Source: an uncultured Planctomycetaceae bacterium
Lineage (GTDB): Bacteria > Planctomycetota > Planctomycetia > Pirellulales > Thermoguttaceae
Length of the DNA stretch: 33,950 nt
Assembly: GCA_964635645.1 (NCBI GenBank)
Contig: CAZWOV010000001.1
Span: forward strand, 1 to 33,950
Reading direction: 5' to 3'
A program made the translations under genes and the position numbers. The notes beneath the pieces were generated by a model. The model saw nothing but the letters and a program-made list of their open reading frames with translations. It searched no databases and had not been told where the DNA came from. This document shows, piece after piece, positions 1 to 8,594 of this stretch; the first letter of the stretch is position 1, and every line of letters starts with the position of its first letter.

Positions 1-345
1 GTTGTTCTTGCCGACAGATTTCTCCTCTCCAGTATTGTTTACCAGGGATACGGAGGCGGGCTGGACATTGAAGAAATCCGACAACTTGGTCTCATCGCAA
101 CCGGAGGGATTTTACCAGACCTGAATATCATTCTGGATATTCCTCTTTCCATAGCCAAAAACAGGAGAAAAGGAACTCCGGACCGTCTTGAAGCGGAAGC
201 GGACGTCTTTCACGAACGGGTCAGAAACGGTTTTTTGAAGGAAGCGGAATCTTTTCCGGAAAAAAACCGCGTAGTCGCCGCTTCTCAGAGTATCGACGAA
301 GTCCAGGAAGAAATCAGACGGGATCTTCTTCCTTTCCTGAAGTAA
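1..345 (+). CDS. tmk: thymidylate kinase, C-terminal fragment (5' end lies outside the window)
   Basis: Frame +1 is open from base 1 to the TAA at 343-345. It is absent from the ORF track because it has no start codon. The translation VVLADRFLLSSIVYQGYGGGLDIEEIRQLGLIATGGILPDLNIILDIPLSIAKNRRKGTPDRLEAEADVFHERVRNGF fits the dTMP kinase pattern (DR..S..AYQG, PDL..LD, DR.E.E..F...VR). Confidence 0.85.
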   Translation, partial: VVLADRFLLSSIVYQGYGGGLDIEEIRQLGLIATGGILPDLNIILDIPLSIAKNRRKGTPDRLEAEADVFHERVRNGFLKEAESFPEKNRVVAASQSIDEVQEEIRRDLLPFLK

Positions 346-432
346 ATCGGTATTTGTTTTTCTGCGGGACAGTAAACTCAACCCGTCCTGTTGTTTTCAT
401 TATTTTATTTTCAGTTTTTGGAGTGTTTCATC

Positions 433-1587
433 ATGGCCGTTCCTGTTCCATTCCTTGACCTTTCACGACATATTGAGCCTATCAAACATTCAATCAAAGA
501 AGGACTTGGATGCGTCGTCGATTCCGGAGCCTTCGTCCTTGGTCCGGAAATTTCCAAACTTGAACAAACGTTGGCCGACTACTGCAATTCCGCCCGCGCA
601 ATCGCCTGTTCTTCCGGAAGCGAAGCGCTCCTGATGGCGCTCATGGCGTTGGACCTGCAACCCGGCGATGAAGTTATCGTCCCTTCCTTTACTTTCTTCG
701 CAACGGCCAGCGCGGTAGTACGTCTTGGCGGAGTCCCGGTTTTCGCAGATATCTGCAAAGATTCATGGAATATTGATCCGCAAGACGTCGAACGGAAAAT
801 CACAAATCGCACGAAAGCCATTATTCCCGTTCACCTTTTCGGACGCGCGGCCGATATGAAATCATTGACCGACATTGCGCAGGCTCACGGTCTTCATATT
901 GTCGAAGACGCCGCTCAGGCAATTGGAGCGGAAGCCGTTCTCGCGGACGGTAATCATCGCGTAGGTTCTATTGGAACTATCGGCTGTTTCAGTTTCTATC
1001 CGACCAAAAATCTTGGAACAATGGGAGACGGCGGAGCGTTGACGACCAACGACCCGGAACTTGCCGAAAAGCTCGACTTAATTCGCGGCCACGGCATGAA
1101 ACCGCGGTATTTCCATAAAATTATCGGAATTAACGGTCGTCTTGACGCTTTTCAGGGACTCGTCCTGAATCAGAAATTTCCGTTCCTGGACAAATGGACC
1201 CTTGAGCGGCAGCAAATTGCGCAGAAATACTTTGATTTGTTCGCGGCGCATCCTAAACTTTCCGACCGCCTCCAGTTCCCATTAAAGGCCGGTAAAGACC
1301 GCGTAGTCTGGAATCAGTTCTGCATTTGCGTTACGGACCCGCGGGAAGGAGAGATCCGCAACCAGTTAACGGCTTTTCTTTCAGAAAGAAAAATCGGATC
1401 CGCAATTTACTATCCATTCGGACTTCATGAACAGGAATGTTTTCGTTATCTCAACTGTAAACCGGAATCGTTGCCGGTTACGCAACATGTCTCGCGCTCC
1501 ATACTGGCTCTTCCCATATTCCCGGGTCTGACTCTGGCGGAACAGGAATCCGTCGTCGACGCCGTTTCGGAATTTTTTGACAATTGA
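433..1587 (+). CDS. DegT/DnrJ/EryC1/StrS-family PLP-dependent sugar aminotransferase
   Basis: From ORF 391..1587. I prefer the ATG at 433 (MAVPVPFLDL), the usual N-terminus for this family. Family pattern seen: GPEISKLEQ..A.YC....A..CSSGSEAL, DEVIVPSFTFFATA, IPVHLFG, VEDAAQAIGA and FSFYPTKNLG (the PLP lysine). Confidence 0.9.
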   Translation: MAVPVPFLDLSRHIEPIKHSIKEGLGCVVDSGAFVLGPEISKLEQTLADYCNSARAIACSSGSEALLMALMALDLQPGDEVIVPSFTFFATASAVVRLGGVPVFADICKDSWNIDPQDVERKITNRTKAIIPVHLFGRAADMKSLTDIAQAHGLHIVEDAAQAIGAEAVLADGNHRVGSIGTIGCFSFYPTKNLGTMGDGGALTTNDPELAEKLDLIRGHGMKPRYFHKIIGINGRLDAFQGLVLNQKFPFLDKWTLERQQIAQKYFDLFAAHPKLSDRLQFPLKAGKDRVVWNQFCICVTDPREGEIRNQLTAFLSERKIGSAIYYPFGLHEQECFRYLNCKPESLPVTQHVSRSILALPIFPGLTLAEQESVVDAVSEFFDN

Positions 1588-1613
1588 CCGCGCCCTGAAA
1601 AGGAAATACTTTC

Positions 1614-4600
1614 ATGAAACGAACATTTTTGGATTGGAGTAAGCCGTGTATTCCGGCGCTGGCGGATCATCTGCTCAAACAATGCCAGGTAGGAAACGCC
1701 GACTTTTTCGACCTTTCCAATTATGTTCTTGTTTTTCCGAACCGCGCGGCCAGCAAACGTTTTCTCACCGTATTGGCGGACCGCGCATGGAAAACTCATT
1801 GCACAATCGAACCGCCGCGGGTTAAACATATGGGAGATTTCATGGAACTGCTTTACGAGCAGAAGGCGCCTTGCGCGTCGCTCCTGACTCAGCAGATTCT
1901 TTGGACAGCCTCCCTGAAACAGACGTCGAAAGATCTTCCGGAACTTTTTGCTCTTCTTTATCCCAACGCCCCCGATTTTTCCGATACGATTCCGTGGTTC
2001 CATATCGGAGCTGAAATGGCGGAAACGTTTCAGGATCTCGTCCGCGAAAATCTGAATTTTGGCCAGGTTTTTCAATTCTGCCAAACATGCGGCCCGTCTT
2101 TTGAAAACACTTCCGGGACCGATCCGAAAACATTTCTTCCTCGCTGTGAAATTCAACGTTGGGAAGTTCTTGCGCACGCCGAACAGATTTACCACAAACG
2201 CCTGAACGAGCTTGGACTTTGGGATCGGCAGGCCGCTCGTCTTTTCGCTCTGCGAAATTCCGAAAACGCTTCCGGTATTCCATCGAAAGATTTTCATATT
2301 TCCTTCCGCCTTGGAATCGTCGGCTGCGTTGACTTAAGTAATCTTCAGCGTGAATTTCTGAAACGAATTGAATCTCAGGTCGAAATTTTTATTTTTGCCC
2401 CGGAAACAATGAAGGAACGTTTTGAAGAGGACGGTTGCCTCAAAACCGGAGCATGGCAAAAACTGGAACCGGAACTGAACGAACGTCTTCAGCAATCCCT
2501 TGTTCAGGCGACTTCGCCGGAAGAGCAGATTCAGATCGTAACGGACAAACTACGTTCCGTCGCGCAAAACACATGCATTGAAAACATCACAATCGGCCTC
2601 GTGGACGAATCTCTTGAATCCCTTCTGTTACGGTCGCCCGCGCTGTCAGAAGCCACGACGCCGCGTTCAGGCAAAAAAGTACTTGCGGATTTTCAGCCGT
2701 GGAAACTTCTCAAAAGCATGAGCGACTACTATCAAAGTATCCTCTCCTTCAATCCCGACCAGTCTCTCGCGGAACTCATGGAAACCGTCGGTCCTTCTTA
2801 TTCCGCTCTTGCCAGTTTCCTCCGTCTTGAAGACGTCGGCAACTGTCTGCGTATGCAAAAAAACGCTTTCGGTTCCCCGCTCGTCAATGGAGATTGGATT
2901 ACGGAACTCGATCGTTTCTTCAACCGGCGTTACCCCTCTCAAATGCCGTTACCGTCTGAAATGGAAAAACAGAGTCCGGAATTTCCAGAGCTTACGGCCG
3001 CTTATCGTTTTGTTCATGAACTTCTCCTGGAAACGGCCCGCGAGTATTCCAATTTCCACTCGCTCCTTTCAATAGTAACGCAGTTCCTAAAACGAATCTA
3101 CTGCTGGAAAACCAGCTATGATTCCCAAAATGAGGAAGAATATCAGATTGTCCGCGGCGGAATGGAATTGAACCATGCGTTCTCCGACAAACTTCAGCTT
3201 CCACAGTCGCTTTTGCCGGAGTTGCCGCTGACTTTTCCGGAAGCGTTGGACCTCCTCCTTTCACAGACTGCCAGTAAACAAACCGCTTCTTCAAACGTTC
3301 CCGGATCAATTTCAATCCAACGCTGGTTGGATCTGCCTCTGGACGACGCCGAAGTCATGTTTCTCGTGGGAATGAACGAGGAGTACGTCTCGGCAGACGC
3401 CGTTTCCGCGCATATTTTTCTCCCAAACGAGCTGCGCAGGAAATTAAACGTAAAAACAAATGAAAGCAAATTTGAACGCGATATTTACAATTTGTCGGTA
3501 ATCATCGCGCAGAGAAGCGAAATTTTTGTCACTTTCGGACGAATTTCCACCAACGGAAGAACGATCGTTCCAAGCCGCCTTTTACTCACGGACCCTTCCG
3601 ATCGCCTTATCGACCAGGTAATTCGCTTTTTTGACGATCCGCAGGAAGATAAATCTGAAAATTCCGTCAAGCCCGGCGTCGCTGCAGATCTTCAATCAAT
3701 CGAACAGTCCGGTTCGCGCCTTTTCTCTACGCCGCCGATTTCAGACGACATACCCCCAATCACGGAAATGTCCGTAACAGACTTTTCCAACTTTATGTCT
3801 AATCCATACGTTTTTTATCTCCGGCAAGTTCTGCATTTGGAAACAGTAAACGATTTCGCTCAGGAGCTGACCGCCGCCGACTTCGGTACGCTTATCCACG
3901 ACGTCATGGAAACATTCGGACGGCAGGAAATTGTCAGACGTAAAGAATCGAATGATATTGACCGTCCCCTGTTACTCAAAGACCCTAACGCCCTCAAAAA
4001 GGAAACGGATCGAATTCGAACGCAACTTCTGGAAATTCTGAACCGCCGTTTCATCGCTCAATACGGTTTTCACTCCATTCCAATAGTCGCTCTTCAGTAT
4101 TCGTTACTTCAAAACAGGCTTGAGGCTCTGGCGGAAAAACAGGCGGAACAATATGCCGAAGGATGGCAAATCTGGGACGTGGAACGCAGCATTCGAACCG
4201 TTCTTCGAACAAACCGCGGTCTTGGGAAACCGGAACGCTTTGGAAACGATCGTCCCTCCCCCATGTTCGTCCGGGGGAAATTTGACCGTATCGATTTCAG
4301 AAAATGCGGAGACGGCTCATTCGAATGGAGAATCTGGGATTACAAAACATGGTCGGAAACCCCCAACAAAAAACATTTCGGCCGAGTAAAGCCTCCGCAT
4401 GAACTTCATCCGGAAATCTGGCGTAATCTCCAGCTCCCCCTTTATCTGCATCTGATCCATTCCGCAGTAACGGGCAAAGATCCGAAGTATGCCGATTTCA
4501 CCCCAATCGTAAATTCGTCTAAAATCGACGTCGGATATATTCTGGTCCCTAAAAAAGCGGAAAACACTAAATTCATTGAAACAGAATGGGATGAAGAAAT

Positions 4601-4730
4601 CCTGGATTCCGCCAACGAAAAGATTTTCCTCATCGCCCATGACGTTCACGACAGAATCTTTCCAAATCAGGGAGAACTTTCCCTTTGGGATCGCGGAACG
4701 GAAATTGAATGGATTCTTCAAAAGAAATGA
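1614..4730 (+). CDS. PD-(D/E)XK nuclease family protein, AddB/RecB-like
   Basis: 1038-aa ORF with an AAGGAA ribosome-binding site upstream. The C-terminal nuclease motifs are GKFDRIDF...WRIWDYKTW followed by LQLPLYLHL (the QxxxY-type motif). I see no Walker A motif and no cysteine cluster. Confidence 0.7.
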   Translation: MKRTFLDWSKPCIPALADHLLKQCQVGNADFFDLSNYVLVFPNRAASKRFLTVLADRAWKTHCTIEPPRVKHMGDFMELLYEQKAPCASLLTQQILWTASLKQTSKDLPELFALLYPNAPDFSDTIPWFHIGAEMAETFQDLVRENLNFGQVFQFCQTCGPSFENTSGTDPKTFLPRCEIQRWEVLAHAEQIYHKRLNELGLWDRQAARLFALRNSENASGIPSKDFHISFRLGIVGCVDLSNLQREFLKRIESQVEIFIFAPETMKERFEEDGCLKTGAWQKLEPELNERLQQSLVQATSPEEQIQIVTDKLRSVAQNTCIENITIGLVDESLESLLLRSPALSEATTPRSGKKVLADFQPWKLLKSMSDYYQSILSFNPDQSLAELMETVGPSYSALASFLRLEDVGNCLRMQKNAFGSPLVNGDWITELDRFFNRRYPSQMPLPSEMEKQSPEFPELTAAYRFVHELLLETAREYSNFHSLLSIVTQFLKRIYCWKTSYDSQNEEEYQIVRGGMELNHAFSDKLQLPQSLLPELPLTFPEALDLLLSQTASKQTASSNVPGSISIQRWLDLPLDDAEVMFLVGMNEEYVSADAVSAHIFLPNELRRKLNVKTNESKFERDIYNLSVIIAQRSEIFVTFGRISTNGRTIVPSRLLLTDPSDRLIDQVIRFFDDPQEDKSENSVKPGVAADLQSIEQSGSRLFSTPPISDDIPPITEMSVTDFSNFMSNPYVFYLRQVLHLETVNDFAQELTAADFGTLIHDVMETFGRQEIVRRKESNDIDRPLLLKDPNALKKETDRIRTQLLEILNRRFIAQYGFHSIPIVALQYSLLQNRLEALAEKQAEQYAEGWQIWDVERSIRTVLRTNRGLGKPERFGNDRPSPMFVRGKFDRIDFRKCGDGSFEWRIWDYKTWSETPNKKHFGRVKPPHELHPEIWRNLQLPLYLHLIHSAVTGKDPKYADFTPIVNSSKIDVGYILVPKKAENTKFIETEWDEEILDSANEKIFLIAHDVHDRIFPNQGELSLWDRGTEIEWILQKK

Positions 4731-4915
4731 TTTTTCAGAGATAGATATTCAAAAGAATCCTCAACCCAACGCTTAAAACAATCACAACCGGCACAACCGA
4801 CATTCTGTTGAAATAGTGAATATCAAGGAGACTACGGTCGATAAACAGAAATACGTGATACTGGACAGATTCACCAGGAAAACCTGAATTTCAATCGTCA
4901 GTTGAGGCCCTAAAA

Positions 4916-6592
4916 ATGTTTTTATTGATACATCGTTTCCAGAAAACGGTATTCGCATTCCTTTTCACAGCGCTTTTGCTCTGCGGTCTGCTTACCGTAA
5001 CCTCCGCTCCAGCTCAAGGAATTTGGCGAGGCTCTATTATTCCACAGGACTACGCAAACAGTAAAGGCCTTCATCGGCAATGGATTGCCCATGTGGAATT
5101 TAATCCATACTCTAAAGTCTCTGAAAAAATCTGCCGTCTGACTTTTGATCGCGATTCCGTCTTCATTATTACGGACCAGGGAACCGTTCAGGCATTTGAA
5201 GCGGAAACGGGTAAAACCAGGTGGGTCGCTTACGCCAAAACAAAGGGAAAGGTCATTCAGGGACTGTCCGCAAGCAGATATTATGTTGCGTTCACCGCCG
5301 GTTCCACCCTTTTTGTCTTGAATAGAAAGAATGGAAGAATACTCCTCGACAAGGATATTCCAGCAATTCCGACCAACGAACTCACTCTGGGTGAAAATTG
5401 CGCGTACGTACCGGCAATCAATGGACTCATCTATATTTTTGACCTTCAGCCAATGGAAGACCCCATGGTTGAGCTGGGAATCTCAAATTCCATGCTTTCT
5501 GAAAAGGAACGTAAAGCCAGAAAAGAAGAATTTATTGATTCTTTACGTCTGGTAAAGTCCACGGGCGAACCTATGAGCATTCGCTCTATCGGCGACTTAA
5601 AAGTTACTCCCACCGTCCTGCGGTGCAATGATGAAGTTGAACTGGTAGCATGGCCGACAGGAAGTAATCTCGTAACCGTATGCGACGTTACCGTTCAGGA
5701 ACGAATGGCCGACGAACGGTACAATATCCCCGTTATCGGAGAAGCGGTCAGTTCGCTCTCATATTGTCCCTACGATCCGGAAAAACCCAATTCCACCGGT
5801 CTCGTATTTGCAAGCACCACCGACGGTTTCGTCTATGCCATGGATGAAACTTCAGGTAACGTCAAATGGCGTTTTCCTGCCGGCGAGTATATTAAAGAAA
5901 CGCCGTATTACGTGGACGGCGAGATTTTTGTCGCAACCGCCATTTCCGGTATGTACTGCGTGGACGCGCTGACCGGAGGAAGCGAAGGGTCAAGCGAAGC
6001 AAAATGGTGGGCGCCGAATATCCGGCATTTCGTCTCATGTTCGCAGCGTCGGCTTTACGCGCTGGATAACGTCCGAAATCTCGTTATCCTGGACCGGTCG
6101 TCCGGACAAAAAATCTCCACGTTCCCCGTATCCGACTTTAAATTTATTTCAACGAACGTGCAGAACGACCGTATCTACGTCGCTACTGAAAACGGAACGA
6201 TTCAGTGTTTGCGTGAAATTGCGCTTGAAACTCCCGCGGACTTTTCCGCCGCATGGATTGAATCCCGAGAACATACCATTGAACAGGAACGCAGAGCGTC
6301 AAGACAGGAAGCGCGCGCCAAAGCGAATGAAAAGAAAAAGAAGAAAAACAAAGATCGCATGGGAGACGACGAAGACGGCGGCTGGGGTGAAGAAGCGGAC
6401 GATTCTGAAAACGGCGGTTTTGGTTTCGGAAACGACGATGAATCTGAAGACGACGAAGACGGCGACGATGAGTCCGGCGACGACGAGTCTGAAGACGAAG
6501 AATCAGACGATTTCGGCGACAATGATTTCGGTAGCGACGATTCCGACGAAGAAGACGAATCGCCCGAAGAAGACAACGACGACGATATCTGA
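4916..6592 (+). CDS. secreted PQQ-like (BamB-like) beta-propeller repeat protein with a lysine patch and a polyacidic C-terminal tail
   Basis: N-terminal signal peptide (FAFLFTALLLCGLLTVTSAPAQG). Repeated propeller-blade motifs: GTVQAFEAETGKTRW, GFVYAMDETSGNVKWRF, GMYCVDALTGG, LYALDNVRNLVILDRSSGQK, NGTIQCL. The C-terminus is KKKKKNK followed by about 75 residues dominated by D, E, G and S. Confidence 0.7.
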   Translation: MFLLIHRFQKTVFAFLFTALLLCGLLTVTSAPAQGIWRGSIIPQDYANSKGLHRQWIAHVEFNPYSKVSEKICRLTFDRDSVFIITDQGTVQAFEAETGKTRWVAYAKTKGKVIQGLSASRYYVAFTAGSTLFVLNRKNGRILLDKDIPAIPTNELTLGENCAYVPAINGLIYIFDLQPMEDPMVELGISNSMLSEKERKARKEEFIDSLRLVKSTGEPMSIRSIGDLKVTPTVLRCNDEVELVAWPTGSNLVTVCDVTVQERMADERYNIPVIGEAVSSLSYCPYDPEKPNSTGLVFASTTDGFVYAMDETSGNVKWRFPAGEYIKETPYYVDGEIFVATAISGMYCVDALTGGSEGSSEAKWWAPNIRHFVSCSQRRLYALDNVRNLVILDRSSGQKISTFPVSDFKFISTNVQNDRIYVATENGTIQCLREIALETPADFSAAWIESREHTIEQERRASRQEARAKANEKKKKKNKDRMGDDEDGGWGEEADDSENGGFGFGNDDESEDDEDGDDESGDDESEDEESDDFGDNDFGSDDSDEEDESPEEDNDDDI

Positions 6593-6617
6593 TTTCTCCA
6601 ATATCTGATCTGTCATT

Positions 6618-6654
6618 AAAAAGAGCGCATCCAAATTCTGGATACGCTCTTTTT
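6618..6654. terminator. bidirectional rho-independent terminator between the convergent propeller gene and pgi
   Basis: AGAGCGCATCCA (6622-6633) pairs with TGGATACGCTCT (6639-6650), giving a 12-bp stem with one mismatch and a 5-nt loop. It is flanked by an A-run (6618-6622) and a T-run (6651-6654), so it can act on either strand. Confidence 0.75.
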
Positions 6655-6711
6655 GATTAGCTCTGCATTTTAAAAACTGGGCGTTTTTACGAAATCACAC
6701 AATCCGAAAAC

Positions 6712-8361
6712 CTACGCGTTTTTACGAAACCACTCAATCAGAGCATTCGTAGAGCTGTCGTGGCGAAGTTCCGCGTTTTTATCTTCAAGTTCATTCAGGA
6801 TTCGTTTGGCAAGAACCTTTCCAAGTTCAACGCCCCACTGGTCGTAACTGTTAATATTCCAAATTAACCCCTGAACAAAAATCTTGTGCTCGTACATTGC
6901 GATAAGAGAACCAAGAACTTCCGGAGTCAGTTTTTCGGCCAAAATGGAGTTAGTCGGCCGATTTCCTTCAAAGACTTTATGCGGAACAAGGTTTTCCGCA
7001 ACGCCTTCCGCGCGAACTTCCGCTTCCGTTTTGCCGAACGCAAGCGCTTCCGTCTGGGCAAAAACATTTGCCATAAGTTTAAGGTGATGTTCGTTCGGAG
7101 TACAGCCAATCGGATTCTGGGATTTTGCAAAAGCAATGAAATCGGCTGGAACCAGTTTCGTTCCCTGGTGAAGGAGCTGATAGAACGCATGCTGTCCATT
7201 CGTTCCCGGCTCGCCCCAGATAATGGGACCGGTCTGCCAACGAACTTTTTCACCGTCAAGCGTCACGGATTTACCGTTCGATTCCATGTCGCCCTGCTGG
7301 AAATAAGCGGCGAAACGTGAAAGATACTGATCGTACGGCAAAATCGCATGAGAAGCGGCTCCGAAGAAGTTATTATACCAGACGCCCAGAAGCGCGAGAA
7401 TGACGGGGATATTTTTTTCAAACGGCGCGCTGCGGAAGTGATTATCCATCGCATGATAACCGTCGAGCATGGCGAAAAAGTTCTCCGGACCAATAGCTAC
7501 CATTAACGCCAAACCAATAGCGCTCGGCATACTATATCGACCGCCTACCCAATTCCAAAACTCAAACATATTATTCGTATCGATACCGAATTCCGCCACT
7601 TTTTCCGCGTTGGTGGAAAGCGCGACAAAATGACACGCAACAATACTCGCGTCCGCCGCGTCGGGAGCGTCCGCTTTCACTCCGTCCAAAACCCATTTTC
7701 GGGCGGTCATGGCGTTCGTCATGGTTTCGAGAGTAGTGAACGTTTTACTTGCGATAATAAACAGCGTTTCCTCGGGATTAAGATCGCGGGTCGCTTCCGC
7801 AAGATGAGTGCCGTCGATATTCGAGACAAAACGAACGATCAAATCGCGCCTCGTGTACGGCTTCAGCGCTTCATAAGCCATAACAGGCCCAAGGTCCGAA
7901 CCGCCGATACCAATATTAATGATATTTTTGATGGTCTTTCCAGAATATCCCTTCCAGCAACCGGAGCGCACCTGATTGGCAAAATCTGCCATTTTGGCCA
8001 ATACGCGATTAACATCGTTCATCACATTCACTCCGTCCACGAAAATTGGAGCGTTGGAGCGGTTGCGCAATGCGACATGAAGAACCGCGCGATTTTCTGT
8101 AATGTTAATCTTCTCGCCGGAGAACATCTTTTCGATTCCGGCTGGAACGCCGGCGGCGCGCGCCAATTCGAAAAGAGTATTCATGACTTCTTCATTCACC
8201 CTGTTTTTCGAATAATCAAGATGAATTCCACAGGCGTCCAACGTCATGCGCGACGCGCGAGCCGGATCCTGAGCGAAAAGGTCGCGAAGCGAAACCGACT
8301 GAAAATCAGCCGCAAGCTGTTCGAGGGTTTTCCATTGAGGAATTGAAGTAGGGTTAGGCAT
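6712..8361 (-). CDS. pgi: glucose-6-phosphate isomerase
   Basis: 549-aa ORF with the canonical PGI signatures [24 protein letters not shown] and [14 protein letters not shown]. Confidence 0.97.
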   Translation of the reverse strand: MPNPTSIPQWKTLEQLAADFQSVSLRDLFAQDPARASRMTLDACGIHLDYSKNRVNEEVMNTLFELARAAGVPAGIEKMFSGEKINITENRAVLHVALRNRSNAPIFVDGVNVMNDVNRVLAKMADFANQVRSGCWKGYSGKTIKNIINIGIGGSDLGPVMAYEALKPYTRRDLIVRFVSNIDGTHLAEATRDLNPEETLFIIASKTFTTLETMTNAMTARKWVLDGVKADAPDAADASIVACHFVALSTNAEKVAEFGIDTNNMFEFWNWVGGRYSMPSAIGLALMVAIGPENFFAMLDGYHAMDNHFRSAPFEKNIPVILALLGVWYNNFFGAASHAILPYDQYLSRFAAYFQQGDMESNGKSVTLDGEKVRWQTGPIIWGEPGTNGQHAFYQLLHQGTKLVPADFIAFAKSQNPIGCTPNEHHLKLMANVFAQTEALAFGKTEAEVRAEGVAENLVPHKVFEGNRPTNSILAEKLTPEVLGSLIAMYEHKIFVQGLIWNINSYDQWGVELGKVLAKRILNELEDKNAELRHDSSTNALIEWFRKNA

Positions 8362-8594
8362 GAAAAACTCGCTTAAAGAAAAAGGACTATTAACAAAAAA
8401 TAAACATGAAACTACTTTCTATTTTCCACTTTTTTAAAAAAATTTCAACCGGGAGCAGGGGAAAAAGGACAGAAAAAGAACAACGAAGCGGGAAAACACA
8501 GAAAAGTCCGTTCAAACGAAATTCGCCCGCAGACGGAAAGACGACGCGGGCCACGCCGTCTTTCCATCCAGAGTTTCATTTTTTCATAGAAAAT

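Noticed and set aside
112-381. 89-aa minus-strand ORF at the left edge of the window.
   Set aside because: It is antisense to the clearly recognisable tmk C-terminal reading frame (1..345, plus strand) and has no motifs of its own.
8535-8565. 9-bp hairpin, GGAAAGACG then a 13-nt loop then CGTCTTTCC, downstream of the HzsA-like gene.
   Set aside because: It lacks an adjacent T-run on the relevant minus strand, so it is not reportable as a terminator.
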